Shown here: piece by piece, positions 26,561 to 46,789 of the stretch
Layout of the letters: each line of letters begins with the position of its first letter
How positions within the stretch are numbered: position 1 is the stretch's first letter
Assembly (NCBI GenBank): GCA_964016885.1
Contig: OZ024743.1
Coordinates: 275,528,001-275,592,000, forward strand
Source of the DNA: Eledone cirrhosa
Taxonomy: Eukaryota
Direction of reading: 5' to 3'
DNA: 64,000 nucleotides
The notes under the pieces: generated by a model
What the model was told of the DNA's origin: nothing
Database searches by the model: none
What the model saw: the letters and a program-made list of their open reading frames with translations, nothing else
Made by a program: the position numbers and the translations under genes

Positions 26561-28695
26561 ATAAGAAGAATCAGGTGGCGTGCTTTCCACTTTGATAAAT
26601 CTAATCTAAATGAAAATGTTTCAGATTTGGATAAAATTTTCAAATCTAAAAAAAATCCACCCCCCAACAAACTACTAATGGATTTTGAAAACGATATAAT
26701 TTCTATCATCCAAGGCATCAAATTCAAGAGAAACTTCAAAGGCCAGGACTATTTAAGATGCATTAAGGATAATATTGAAAGCTTGGAAAAAACAGAGAAG
26801 ATCTTAGTGAAATCGGACAAAACTAATAACCTTTATGGAGTACAAAAGGACATGTATAACGGCCTTATATTGAAAGAACTAAGGAAAAAGTACAAGGTAG
26901 CAAGTAAGGATGAACTGGAAAAAATGAATACAGAGGCATCTTGTATAATGCATGAATTAGACATTGAGAATAAAACACAACCCTTCATGCCTAGGAAACC
27001 CAAGATCAATATGAAAGATCACAAAAGAAACTTTGAAAATGATTTGCCAGTCAGATTGATTGCACCATCAAAATCTGACCTGGGAAAACTTAGCAAAAAC
27101 ATTCTAGACAGGGTAATACAACAAATTAAAAACTTACATAATTTACCTTACTTAAAGTTATGGAAGGGGACTGGTGAGGTTATTGAGTGGTTTAAAGAAA
27201 TTAAATATAACTATAATAATAAGTTTATTCAGCTTGATATTGCTAACTACTATTCATCTATCACTCCTAATCTACTGAATAAGGCACTAAATTACGCATT
27301 TAAACATACCGACCTAACTAGCAATGAAATGCACATTATATTATCGGCAAGGAAAACATTGATAGAATTTAATAACCAACTATGGACTAGGGCAGATAGA
27401 GATAATAATTTCGACATAACTATGGGATCATCAGACTCAGCTCAGGTAACGGACCTTGTGGGCCTATTTATAATTAATTCGCTACATAGAAAAATACCAG
27501 GTGTAACCGGAGGATTATATCGTGATGACATGCTTTTACTTATTGAAAATAATAGCTGTGAACTAAATAGAAAAAGAAAACAAATTATACAATTTTTTAA
27601 TTACCTTAATCTAAAAATAGAAATAGAGAATAACCATAGAATAGTCAATTTTCTGGATGTAACACTAAATCTCAACACATGTCTTCACTATCCATTTCAC
27701 AAACTAAATGAGAACTTGAATTATGTCAATTTTAACTCTAATCACCCCAGATCTGTTAAAAATACTATAGTGAACTCTGTTCAAGAACGAATTTCAAGAA
27801 TTTCATCTAATAAAAAATATTTTTGATGAAAAAGCGCAGTATTACAATGAAGCGTTAGCTAGAGCAGGATATAGAGATAAAATTAAATACATCGATAATA
27901 ATAAGCAAACTAACCAAAATAATAACAATTTAAATTACGTGAACAACTTTAACAACTATAATAGAAAACATTACAATAATTCGAAAAGCCGAAAAAGAAA
28001 TAGAACTAGAAATATACTATGGTTTGCCCCCCCCCCCCCCTTTCTCACTAAATATTAAAACCCATATTGCTAAACTATTCTTTCATGCTCTTGACAAACG
28101 CTTCCCTAGAACACATAAATATCACTCAATTTTTAATAGACACACTATAAAATTAACTTACTCGTCCACCAAAAATTTAGCACAAAATATTAACAGAATT
28201 AATAATAGGAATTTAAAACCTAACCAAAATACCAATAATAATCCAAACAATATTCAATTAAATAACTGTAACTGTAGAAATAAATCTAACTGTTCGTTAA
28301 ATAACAACTGCTTAGCTAAAAATGTAGTGTACAATTGTAATGTTAAAACTAATTTAAATTCTTTCAACTATGTTGGTTCCACCTCGACAGAATTTAAACT
28401 TCGCTTCAATAATCATAAGAATTCTTTCACAGATCCAAACAAAAAATCCTCAACTTCGCTATCTAGCCTACTCTGGCACCTTAAACGAGATAATGTTAAA
28501 TATTCGATTATTTGGAATATTGTCTCAAAAGGTATTCCTTTTAATTCCTCATCAGAGAATTGCGATCTTTGTATAGAAGAAATATTCTTTATATTAAAGT
28601 CCAAAAATTCCCTTGATTTAAGGAGCAATTTATTCAGTTGCTGCAGACATAGATTGAACTCAACGTTTAAATATAAATATAAATTTAAAATGTAG
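26561..28695 (+). pseudogene. PLE reverse transcriptase / GIY-YIG endonuclease polyprotein (frameshifts and stop)
   Basis: VKSDKTNN, LKDHK-like MKDHK, PVRLIAP, LDIANYYSSI, MGS, LYRDD, NFLDVTL, SNHP; CNCR...C...C, VVY...YVGST..FKLRFNNH, CCRH. Confidence 0.93.
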
Positions 28696-30097
28696 TATAA
28701 TTAATTAAGAAATTTAGTTAATATATGAAACCTGACGATAAATCATTAGATTCCTTCACCTTTTTCTTTTTAAACTTTCTTCCTAAATATAAACAAGGAT
28801 ATAATAAACTACTCTAAAATGTATATGCTCCCAATGTATTAAATAAAATTTACGTAAGATAAATTTCTATACTAAATATAAGGGCATCCGTAGAATCACT
28901 GGGTCTTCTAAATCTTTTAAATTATTTTTATTTTTTATTTGTTTTTGACTCTGATAGCCTCTAATAACTTTCATATGTCTACCCTTGCAATATCTTGTTT
29001 GAGATATAGGTAGGATAGATTTCTATAATAAATATATAAGACATATTATTTTAACTTGAGATGCTCTATAGTGTTTTAAAGATATTTAATGCTTTGATAT
29101 TTCTATATTAATATATTGATATTTGATTATCTCTATACAAAGGCCATTTGTGTGTATTAACATGCATATAAAAGGTTTATAGGGTTTATTTATGTGTTCG
29201 TATATGTGTTTGTATATATGCATAACGATGCTGGAAAACTCACGCAGATATTTATTTATACATATGTATGTGTATGTATGGTTGTGTGTGTATATGATGA
29301 TGTGTGTTGCAGATATGCATAATATTAAATACATGAACGGTAATCATATATATGAGGACATGAATATTAATCGTATTTTTATGTATATATACTGTGAAAT
29401 TTTTTATAACACAAGAAATGTATCAAGTGATCAAGTGAAATCATTTGTATGTCTATATTATTGACTGGAGTAGACATAATTTTCTCTTTTTTCAGGACGT
29501 ACATATGCGTGTATATATATATATACATATGTGTATCCGTATTTTTATAAATAGGGTATTTTTTGAAGGTTTTAACTCAGATTTTGGTATATTGACCTCA
29601 AGGTTTTAAACTAAACATATGGTCATTATTGAACAATGTTATTTTCTCATATTATATATCTATGTCCCATTCATGAATATTGATATTTACATTTTTATTA
29701 TTCATTTCATATGAATTGTTAATTCAACTTAATATGACATGACGTAAAGTTGTCACTATATCCTCCTCTCTCTTGAGTTTCTCTATCTGTATGATGAATT
29801 ATTATCTCTCTGTTGCTTTCTTTTGTCTTTCTTCTTTCTTTCTTTTTTCTTTTTTTTCTTTCTTTTTCATTTCCTCCTATCAATTTATATATATCTTTCT
29901 TTTCTGCATACATTCCTTTTCTCTCTCTCCTTCTCTCTCTCTCCGTTTTTTCTTTCTCTCCGTCTTTTTTCTAACTGTGCTTAACACTATAACTAATAAA
30001 ATAATTATAAACATCTCACTATCCAGACAGCTTCCAAAAATAATGGTCGCATCTAATAGGGTACGTCAAAATTATTTATAAAACTTTATATATTGTA

Positions 30098-30155
30098 TTT
30101 TGTCTGATGAAGGCATACCATATTTTAATTTGGTATCCCTGAAATATGTATAATG
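30098..30155 (+). ncRNA. Minimal hammerhead ribozyme-like motif in the PLE terminal repeat
   Basis: CTGATGA (30104-30110), stem II AGGCATACCA/TGGTATCCCT, GAAA (30141-30144). Confidence 0.72.
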
Positions 30156-30284
30156 AAATAAATATGGTTTTATAAATATAGTTTCCATTTATTTAATATC
30201 GTATATCTACTCCCAAAACTTGTTGAGTGCTTTATATCAGTTATAAAATATTTGTTGTATCCCAACAATTTTAAATAGAACTTT

Positions 30285-30339
<55 letters not shown>

Positions 30340-30408
30340 AAGTTTCCGTTGAAAACAGAAAAAGTCATAGGAGTGAAGAGTGCTCTATGTAAGTACCAGA
30401 GCAAAATT

Positions 30409-34020
<3,612 letters not shown>

Positions 34021-34223
34021 ATTTTAAATGTATTTAACTGCTCGGAAGAGCCCCTTTTCCTGGAGCTTAATTATTGTAAACGACTGAGAGTTTATTCTCA
34101 AAATATAATATAATATATATATATATACATATATATATATACATATATATCTATATATTATTAATCGGCTCAGTATTTATTTATACTTTATACTTGGAGC
34201 TTAATAGTTACAGGGTTCCAATT

Positions 34224-34870
<647 letters not shown>

Positions 34871-36090
34871 CATCATCATCACCATCATCATCATCGTTTA
34901 ACGTCCATGTTCCACGCTTGCATGGGTTTGGACGGGAGTTTTCCCACTTGAGGCAAGAGTGGTTGTCTTGCTCGCATAGGACTGTCTGGCGGGTTTTCTA
35001 CAGCTGGATGCCCTTTCTAACACCAACCACATTTACAGTGTGGGACTGGGAGGTTTTTACCGTGTTACCTACACGGCCACATTACAGCGTGGACTGTGTG
35101 TTTTTTTGTCGTGACACCTACACGATCTCATTTGTTTCGGCCTGGATATTGTGGCACCAACATAACTTTACATTGAAAGGGGCGGTGTGGATGGGTTGGG
35201 GTGGTGGGACGGGGCTGTATTTTGTTAGAGATGCCTTCTGACTGTAGTAGGTTTTACTTTGTATTTAGGTAAGGCGGGTCTTCTCTATTACTGAGTACCG
35301 CCAAAGATCTCGGTCCAGTGACATTGTCTTGGAGAGGTGTAAGTGTGTGAGGTCGGAATTTATCATGTCGTCCCAGGTTTTTCTGGGTCTGCCTACTCCG
35401 TGGCTACCGTCTATCTTTATTGCCCTGCACTTTTTTATACAGCTGTCGTCTTTCATGCGCATCACGCGACCATACCAACGTAGCCTTCTCTCGAGTAAAC
35501 AACATCTGATCCCTCTTATTTCTAATTTTTCCCTTAGTTCGTTTATGCTTTGCAGTTCGCGTATATTACTATTACACATCCAGCGGAGCATGCAAGCTTC
35601 GTTCCTCTCTATTCTGCGTATATCCTCTGCACACAATGCCCAGGTCTCACTGCCATGCAACAGCCTGCCTTTCATTTTTAGGAAGAACCCTTTAGCGGCT
35701 AATAGTGGTATAAGCTCTCTGAACTTTTTCCATCCAGTTCTGACTCTAGCTACTGTACTTTCAGAGCACCCTCCCCCACTGCTGATTTTGTCACCCAGGT
35801 AACGGAAGCTGTCCACTATTTCTATAGAACCCTCTGCGCAATTGAAAGAGCTAGTATTTTGTGGGCACTTGCTGTTACTTATTGCACCAGAGCACCGGCC
35901 ACATGTAAAATCTATGTTCTTAGTTAGCTTACCTGTGATCCCACTACATCTTTTATGCACCCATACTTTGCATTTGGGACATAAAATGGAGTTTCTACCT
36001 ACGCCTTTCCTACACACTGAGCATGGCCATTTCCCGGAAGGGACCGGCGCCTTATTTTCTTTCCTACAAACTAGAACTTTAGTCTTAGTC
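34871..36090 (-). mobile_element. RTE-clade LINE 3' fragment with PHD-like finger, 3'UTR and (TGA)n tail
   Basis: KTKVLV, CSVC..CPKC..HKRC..CGRC, FRYLG, LLHGSETW, RRLRWYG, GRPRKTW in ORF 35265-36116. Confidence 0.88.
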
Positions 36091-36114
36091 TCATATATAT
36101 AATATAAACGGAAC

Positions 36115-36290
36115 ATACCTCTGTTATAATTCAGTATTCAACACTGAAGTCAAGTCTAGATTACCCTCCATATTCTTTAACCTGATTGATAAACATTTTC
36201 CACAGTCTTATAAATACCATAAGATATTAAACAGAAATACTATCAGGTTATCTTACTCCACAAAACTGGAAGCTTACATAAACAAACTAA
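36115..36290 (+). pseudogene. Degenerate PLE coding fragment
   Basis: Translates to ...FFNLIDKHFPQSYKYHKILNRNTIRLSYS, similar to the 28024-28695 product. Confidence 0.65.
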
Positions 36291-36493
36291 AGAGATGCTT
36301 AGGCATATCTGCAAGGTAATATTTGTTCATGTTAAGTTCTTGGTGTAACACTAGTAAGAAATAGTGAATTATTTTGATAGTTACAACTATATTACTTTGT
36401 TCATTGTATCTGTTAACTTAAAAAAAGAGTATTTAGGCCATGTTCACTACCAAAACAGGGATTAGACTTGTTGAGTCCATGATAGATAACATT

Positions 36494-38485
<1,992 letters not shown>

Positions 38486-38486
38486 C

Positions 38487-39480
38487 TCTTTTACTATTTT
38501 ACCTGTTTCAGCCATCCGGCTGAGGCCATGCTGGGGCACCGCCCTTGTTGTTACATATTTTATCTCCAGCCTGTATAGGTTGGCCACTGGTGTAGGAGGG
38601 AGTTTGTTGCTGCTGCCCTTAGGTTTCCCTCGTGTCTTGCTGTGGGCTCATCCGGGATCCTGGATAACAAGGTGTCGAGATGTTTCTTAAAGACATCCAC
38701 CTCCACGTCATGCAAGTCTCTCAGATGCCTCGGCAGCCTGTTGAAGAGTTGAGGGCCCTTGAATCCCAGGCTATTGCAATACCTGCTCCTTATTCTAGAT
38801 GTGGAAGACGGGACCTTTGGCACCGCACAGTGACGTCCTGTTCGACGGTTGGTCCAGCTCCCAATGCCAAAGTTTGGTGCTAGTCCCTCCAGGATTTTCC
38901 ACATGTAGATCACTGCGTATCTCTCCCGTCTTCGCTCCAAGGAGTAGAGTTTCAATTCCTTTAGCCTCTCCCAGTAGCTTGTCTCCCTCATCTTGGCAAT
39001 CCTCTTGGTGTAGCTTCGCTGGATTGCCTCAAGCTCTGTGGTTAGTTTGACACTATGGGGTGACCACAGCTGGGAGCAGTAGTCCAGGCGGCTTAGGACA
39101 AAAGTCCTCCACAGTGTCAACATGGTGTCTCGATCTCTTGTAAGGAAAGTCCTCAAGATCCAGCCAGCGAATCGTCTACATGTTGTCGCCACCTTCATGA
39201 TGTGTGAAGAAAAAGATGCATCATCGCTCATGTCTATGCCCAGGTCTCGTATCGATTTTGACACGGGGATATCGGTCCCTCCTGGTCCTGTGTAGCTGTG
39301 TTCAACTATATTTGTGTTTGCAGGTTTGTATTGTAGGGCTTGGAATTTGCCAGCATTAAACTGCATGTTGTTTTCTTCCGCCCATCTGTATATGGCATCC
39401 AGATCCTGCTGTAAAAAGGCAGCGTCAGCCGGGTTTTTGATTGCCTGTGCTACCTTAGTGTCATCAGCATAGCTAGTGAG
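38487..39480 (-). mobile_element. CR1-group LINE 3' fragment
   Basis: YADDTK, LQQDLD, MQFNAGK, RDLGI, RLDYCSQLWSPH, LYSLERRRER in ORF 38560-39546. Confidence 0.9.
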
Positions 39481-39701
39481 GGATGTTGTTGCATGCACCA
39501 CAGAGGCATGTCCGAGAATAGCCACCAAAAACTTCGTTATTTGCATGTGCCTCAGTGGACATGTGAAGACACTTTTGTACTGTTCGTTCAGTATTTCACT
39601 ATCTCTTGGGGATTTTCGGTTAATGAACCGTCCGTGTGGAAGAGTGGTCCAATCTTGCAGTGTACTGAGGCAGTTTCTTTTGCAAATTTAAAGAAGGCCT
39701 G

Positions 39702-39753
<52 letters not shown>

Positions 39754-40450
39754 CATATATATACATATATATACATATATATATATACATATATATACAT
39801 ATATATACATATATATACATATATATATATACATACATATACATATATATACATATATATATATACATACATATATATATATATATATATACATATATAT
39901 ACATATATATACATATATATATATATATACATATATATACATATATATACATATATATACATATACATACATATATATACATATATATATATATACATAT
40001 ATATACATATATATATATATATATACATATATATACATATATATACATATATATACATATATATACATATATATACATATATATACATATATATATATAT
40101 ATACATATATATACATATATATATATATACATATATATACATATATATATATACATATATATACATATATATATACATATATATACATATATATATATAT
40201 ACATACATATATATATATATATATACATATATATACATATATATACATATATATATACATATATATATATATACATATATATACATATATATACATATAT
40301 ATATATATACATATATATATATACATATATATATATACATATATATACACATATATATATATACATATATATATATATACATATATATATACATATATAT
40401 ACATATATATACATATATATACATATATATACATATATATACATATATAT

Positions 40451-40481
<31 letters not shown>

Positions 40482-40502
40482 CATATATATACATATATAT
40501 AC

Positions 40503-40533
<31 letters not shown>

Positions 40534-40554
40534 CATATATATACATATATATAC

Positions 40555-40617
<63 letters not shown>

Positions 40618-40632
40618 CATATATATATATAC

Positions 40633-40663
<31 letters not shown>

Positions 40664-40770
40664 CATATATATACATATATATACATATATATATATATAC
40701 ATATATATATACATATATATATATATACATATATATACACATATATATATATACATATATATATATATAC

Positions 40771-40801
<31 letters not shown>

Positions 40802-40902
40802 CATATATATACATATATATACATATATATATACATATATATACATATATATATACATATATATACATATATATATACATATATATATATACATATATAT
40901 AC

Positions 40903-40937
<35 letters not shown>

Positions 40938-40945
40938 CATATATA
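39702..40945. repeat. (TA)n/(TATACATATA)n array
   Basis: Direct reading. Confidence 0.97.
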
Positions 40946-41857
40946 CTATATTATATTTAGAGATTAAACTCATGGTCGTTTACAATTAATCAGCTCAAAG
41001 AAAGAGGCATTTCTGAGCAGTGAAATACAAGTTATATATTAATATATATGATAAACACAAACGTGTTTGTATTGTAAGAGACAAAGTTAGCTAGCATGAA
41101 ATAAACTAATTAAAGTGAATACAATTTGTCTGTCTCGATATAAGTCAATAAAGACAAGCTTATATTGGCAAAAGCCGTGATTCCTGGACAAATTTAAATT
41201 TCAAAATCCAAACCCGCTCCGTAGATGAATTTGAACTTCGAAACCCAAATATGTTTCGCACCGATGGTACATGAATTGAAAAATAAAGAGAATCGAAATG
41301 AAATTGAAATAAAAAGTGAAATATCCAAATCTTCTGTGCTTATCCAGTAAAATTAGTACATTCCACCTTCAAAAATTTTTCAGGTCTGATTACACGTGGT
41401 GTAGCCAGCTATACTAGCCATCCCGTATTCCCGTTGCTAGAAATAACAGCCGTTTATACGGGATTAAAGATCAGCTCTACAGTTAAGGAGCAATATACTA
41501 TATTATATTTAGAGATTAAACTCATAGTCGTTTACAATTAATCAGCTCAAAGAAAGAGGCATTTCTGAGCAGTGAAATACAAGTTATTCTCTTTATTTTT
41601 ATTCTCTTTATTTTTCAATTCATGTACCATCGTTGCGAAACATATTTGGGTTTCGAAGTTCAAATTCATCTACGGAGTGGGTTTGGATTTTGAAATTTAA
41701 ATTTATCCAGGAATCACGGCTTTTGCCAATATAAGCTTGACTTATATCGAGACAGACAAATTGTATTCACTTTAATTAGTTTATTTCATGCTAGCTAACT
41801 TTGTCTCTTACAATACAAACACGTTTGTGTTTATCATATATATTAATATATAACTTC
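40943..41857. repeat. Combined direct (40943-41035 / 41494-41587) and inverted (41031-41295 / 41597-41857) repeat unit
   Basis: Same family as 33578-34090; layout resembles PLE pseudo-LTR arrangements. Confidence 0.85.
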
Positions 41858-42078
41858 TATATACATATATATACATATATATATACATATATATATATAT
41901 ATGTACATATATATACATATACATATATACATATATATATATACATATATATATATACATACATATACATACATATATATATATATACATATATATACAT
42001 ATACATATATATATATATACATATATATATATACATATATATATATATACATATATATACATACATATATATATATAC

Positions 42079-42125
<47 letters not shown>

Positions 42126-42188
42126 TATACATATATATACATATATATATACATATATATATATACATATACATATATATATATATAC

Positions 42189-42225
<37 letters not shown>

Positions 42226-42260
42226 TACATATATATACATATATACATATATATATATAC

Positions 42261-42299
<39 letters not shown>

Positions 42300-42340
42300 T
42301 ACATATATATATATATACATATATACATATATATATATAC

Positions 42341-42404
<64 letters not shown>

Positions 42405-42530
42405 TTATATACATATATATATAAATACATACATATATATATATATAAATACATATATATATATATATAAATACATACATATATATATATCTATATACAG
42501 ACATATATATATATATATATATATACATAC

Positions 42531-42627
<97 letters not shown>

Positions 42628-42688
42628 CATATATATAATATATATATATACATATATATATACATATACATATATATATATATATACG
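41858..42688. repeat. (TA)n compound microsatellite
   Basis: Direct reading. Confidence 0.97.
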
Positions 42689-42960
42689 TAAATAAGACCG
42701 TTATTGCTCCAATCTGTCCACAAAACACTGGGCAAACACCCTAAATCGAACACTAACTTACACTCATGACTCTTGCTAAACCAAACCTCGACCCACCCTA
42801 TAAATTCGGCAAACTGAACGCGGACTGCCTGCCTTCCCAAACTCGGCAAACCGAACACAAGCTCTCAGCCACCAAATGCAGGAAGACATACATTATAAAG
42901 CCGCAGCTGACATATTACGTCGTTTTTAATTTAAAATTCTAATAAAGCTATTCTATATAA

Positions 42961-43157
42961 CTAGCTGGCTCCGTGCCGTCAAAAATGACGGCTAATTGTA
43001 ATATGTATACATAAAATATAATAAAAAGATGTTTGCTACCACCCTTCCTTTTACAGTCGACGTTATCACCCCTTCCTTTCTCAGTTTGTCATCACCCTTA
43101 CTTCCTCAGCCATCTCTTGTGACGGACAAATACACAAGCATATTATATATTAGTAGA
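42961..43157 (-). mobile_element. Short non-autonomous Helitron
   Basis: Minus strand starts TCTACTAATATATAA, ends with hairpin GCCGTCA/TGACGGC and CTAG|T. Confidence 0.65.
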
Positions 43158-43578
43158 CTAGCAGAAAACCACCTGGTGGGTGGTTTTCTGCTAGTCGATA
43201 TATATTTAACACACACACAAACACAAACACAGACACACACACACATACATATATATATATACACCCATGTTCATATTTGGAGATGCATTATTCTCAAATC
43301 AGATTATCTGACAGGAAGAACCAGTTTATAATTTTTAAGACAGCATACATTAAGCATACAGACATATTTTAGGAAACTTATGAATTCCTGTACACACACA
43401 CAAACACTTACACAGATACACACAGACACACGCACAGACAGACACATACGCTAACACACACATACCATACACACACTCATACATACGCACATATGCACAC
43501 ACGCTAACACACACATACACACTAAAACCTATATATATGTATATATATATAGAGAGACACACATAATATACATATATA

Positions 43579-43611
<33 letters not shown>

Positions 43612-44171
43612 ATATATATATTATATATACACACACACACATATAACACACACCCATATATAAAACACACACACATACACACACCCATATATAAAACACA
43701 CACACATATATACCACACACACACGCACACACATACACACACACATACACACACACATATAACACACACACATAATACACACACACACATATAACACACA
43801 CACACACGCATACACACACATATAACACACACACACATATATATATATATTATATGCTCAGCCCCAGTGAGTTGGTTAAAACAGCAAAAGCCAGTCTTAA
43901 AGTTGTCGTCTGTAAATTCAAAGAACTCGGCTGTGTCTGGCTAGATCTCCATGGTAACTACTCCAAGGTCGCGCGTACCATGGCTGGGAACGCAGATGTC
44001 ACGTGCTGACCTAGAACGCTGGTTGTTGGAATCAGTGGTCGACGACATAACATATATATTATATGTGTGGAATAGTATAAATATTTCTTCGTATTTACTA
44101 ACATATATATATATATTATATATTATATATACATACATTATATATATATTATTAATATATTACATACATAC

Positions 44172-44259
<88 letters not shown>

Positions 44260-44407
44260 GTATATATATATTTATTAAAATAAAAGATTAAAGTTTAAGC
44301 AAAGAATCGCTGCTTTCACCCTTAACGAGATCTTCTGAAACTAACCAATATATATATATATTCCTGGTGATTTCTCAAGAATGAAACAGTTCTAGTCTAT
44401 ATATATA

Positions 44408-44707
44408 TTACACACACAGAAGTGTATATATATTTCTGTGTGTGTATATATATATATATATATTACAGACATAGAAATGTATATATATTTCTGGGTGTAT
44501 ATATATATATATTACACACACAGAAATGTATATATATTTCTGTGTGTATATATATATATATTTCTGTGTGTGTATATATATTACACACACAGAAATGTAT
44601 TTATATTTCTGTGTGTATATATATATATTACACACACAGAAATGTATATATATTTCTGTGGGTGTATATATATATATATTACACACACAGAAATGTATAT
44701 ACATTTC
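44408..44707. repeat. Minisatellite with a palindromic ~50-bp unit
   Basis: ACACACAGAAATGTATATATATTTCTGTGTGT repeated about 6 times. Confidence 0.85.
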
Positions 44708-44827
44708 TTAGAACAAAATTATTATTAATGTTTTGCTGTTCATAACAATTGGAATTGAAAAATTACTTTTGAAATTATTAGTTATTTTACTAATGCTTAG
44801 ATATGTAAAAATGAAGTAATGTTTCTA

Positions 44828-45020
44828 ATAATTGTTTCTACTTTTGGCACAAGGCCAGCAGTTACCCAGTACATTACTGGTACTTTATTTTATCGACCCC
44901 GTGATGATGAAAGGCAAAGTTAACCTCGGCGGTATTTGAACTCAGACCGTAAAGGGACGTAACTCCATGCTATGAAGCATGGTGTCCGACTCTCTACAGA
45001 TTCTGCCAATCTACCGCCCT
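44828..45020 (-). mobile_element. tRNA-derived SINE
   Basis: Reverse complement of the main family. Confidence 0.88.
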
Positions 45021-45298
45021 AATGTCTGTACGTAATGAGGGAGTGAGAGGGGAGAGAAAGAAAGACAGAGGTGAAGTGACGAAGTGACTCTCTCCTCCTC
45101 CATCTCCCCATTCGTCACAGCGATAGAGGGGAGGAATGTTAGTGTGTTACAAAGAGAAGGAGTGAGAGTGAGAGAAACAGACAGACTAAAAGAGAGGGAT
45201 AGCTGGAGAGAGAGATAGCAACCACGCGCGCACGTGTTTCCACTGTCGGACAGACAGACAGAGAAATTGCTGGTTATATATTATAAAGAGATTCTATA

Positions 45299-45490
45299 GG
45301 GTGGTGGATTGGCAGTATCGGTAGAGGGTCGGACGCCATGCTTTCTAGCATAGTTACGTTCCTTTATGGTCTGAGTTCAAATCCCACCGAGGTTAACTTT
45401 GCCTTTCATCCTTACGGGATCGATAAAATAAAGCACCAGTAATACACTGGGATAATTGCTGGCCTTGTGTCAAAAGTAGAAACAATAATA
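45299..45490 (+). mobile_element. tRNA-derived SINE
   Basis: Full A box, B box, core and tail. Confidence 0.88.
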
Positions 45491-45531
45491 TATTAGTAGA
45501 TTCTATATATATTTTTTGTCTTTTCTTGCAG

Positions 45532-46026
45532 ACCTTCAAGCCAGTTCCCTTCAAAATACTCCCAGTTACCCGATATCAATGGACCATCTCCAAGCAATCA
45601 ACCAAATCAGTTGATACCCTATGTTGGCAACGTTGGTTCATTTCAGCCCACATCTAATGACATGGATTCACACGGCACAAATGAGCGCTTTCGCAGCCTG
45701 GAATCCAGGCTGAATATTTCCGAGAAATCTTGCCGAGCTCTCCTTGAAGAAATGGTCCGGCTTCAAAATGACTTGAAATCTTCAGTTCGGAGGAGTGAAG
45801 ATGTAGTTCATGAACAGGCGTTATCTCGGCAGCAGATTGACGCTCTTGTGAGAAAAAACATTGACAGTTTAATGCATCTGAGTTCAAGAATTCAAAGAAT
45901 GGAACAGAAGATTCAACAAGATGAAATTGCCCTCAACATGTTGAAGAACCAAGCCCAAAATTTGGAGCAGATTACGAAAGGAAGTCAGCAAGATTTATTT
46001 GGTAAAAAGGATATGCACATGGCAAA
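45532..46026 (+). CDS. Internal coding exon of a host coiled-coil protein (possibly CCDC154/FAM81-like)
   Basis: Acceptor TTTTCTTGCAG, open frame PSSQFPSKY...LESRLNISEKSCRALLEEMVRLQ...HMA, donor AA|GTAAGA; heptad-like pattern. Confidence 0.85.
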
Positions 46027-46789
46027 GTAAGAAATATTCATCTATTTAAGTGTGGGTATGTGTACGTTTGTGTGTGTTTGTTTTTGTGGATGTGGGTGTT
46101 AATGTGATAGCGTATTTGTGTGTGTTTATGTATGTGATTGTGTATGTGTGGTAGCATGTTTGCGTGCGTGTGCGTGTGTCTGATACCATTTGGTGGAGAT
46201 GTTATTTAAGTGTGTGTATTTGTGTATGTGTAGTTGCATATTTGTATTTATGCGTATATGTTTGTGTGTGTTTGTGCGTGTGTAGTCGCGTATTTGTGAG
46301 TACTTGCGTATGTTTGGTAGAGTATTTTTGTTTGTGTGTGTGTGTGTGTTTGTGTGTGTGTGAGTCTGTGCGTATGTATATTTATTTGTGTATGAAAAGG
46401 TAGGAGTATGTTTGTGTGTAGATGTTTATGTTTGCGGTGTGGCGTGTTTGTGTAGTAGGGTGTTTGCGTTAAATGTTGTACGTGTTTATGTATATGCATG
46501 TATGGTAGCGTGTATATGTGTATACATGTGTATGTATGTGTGTATGTGTTACAGTATGTCTGTGTCTGTGTGTGTTTGTGTGTTGTAGCATATCTGTATG
46601 TGTATGGTAGCGTGTTTTTAATTAATTTGTAGCATGTCTGTGCGTGCGTTGATGTTTATGTGAGGTGTAACCTGTGTGTGATGTAGCGTGTTTTCTAATG
46701 TATGCTAGCATGTTTATGTGTGTTTGCATTGACACATATGTATAAATCATAATGTGTATTTTTTAAAACTTTATTTAAACATTAAACAT

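Larger units (their letters stand above)
25871..30290 (+). mobile_element. Penelope-like element, 5'-truncated, with inverted pseudo-LTR at its 5' side
   Basis: RT plus GIY-YIG ORF pieces; 25871-26563 is inverted to 29454-30201; (TA)n on both flanks; hammerhead core in the 3' repeat. Confidence 0.92.

Noticed and set aside
42690-42950. Possible R4/Dong-like C-terminus (AADILRRF*)
   Set aside because: Too short and degenerate to support a call
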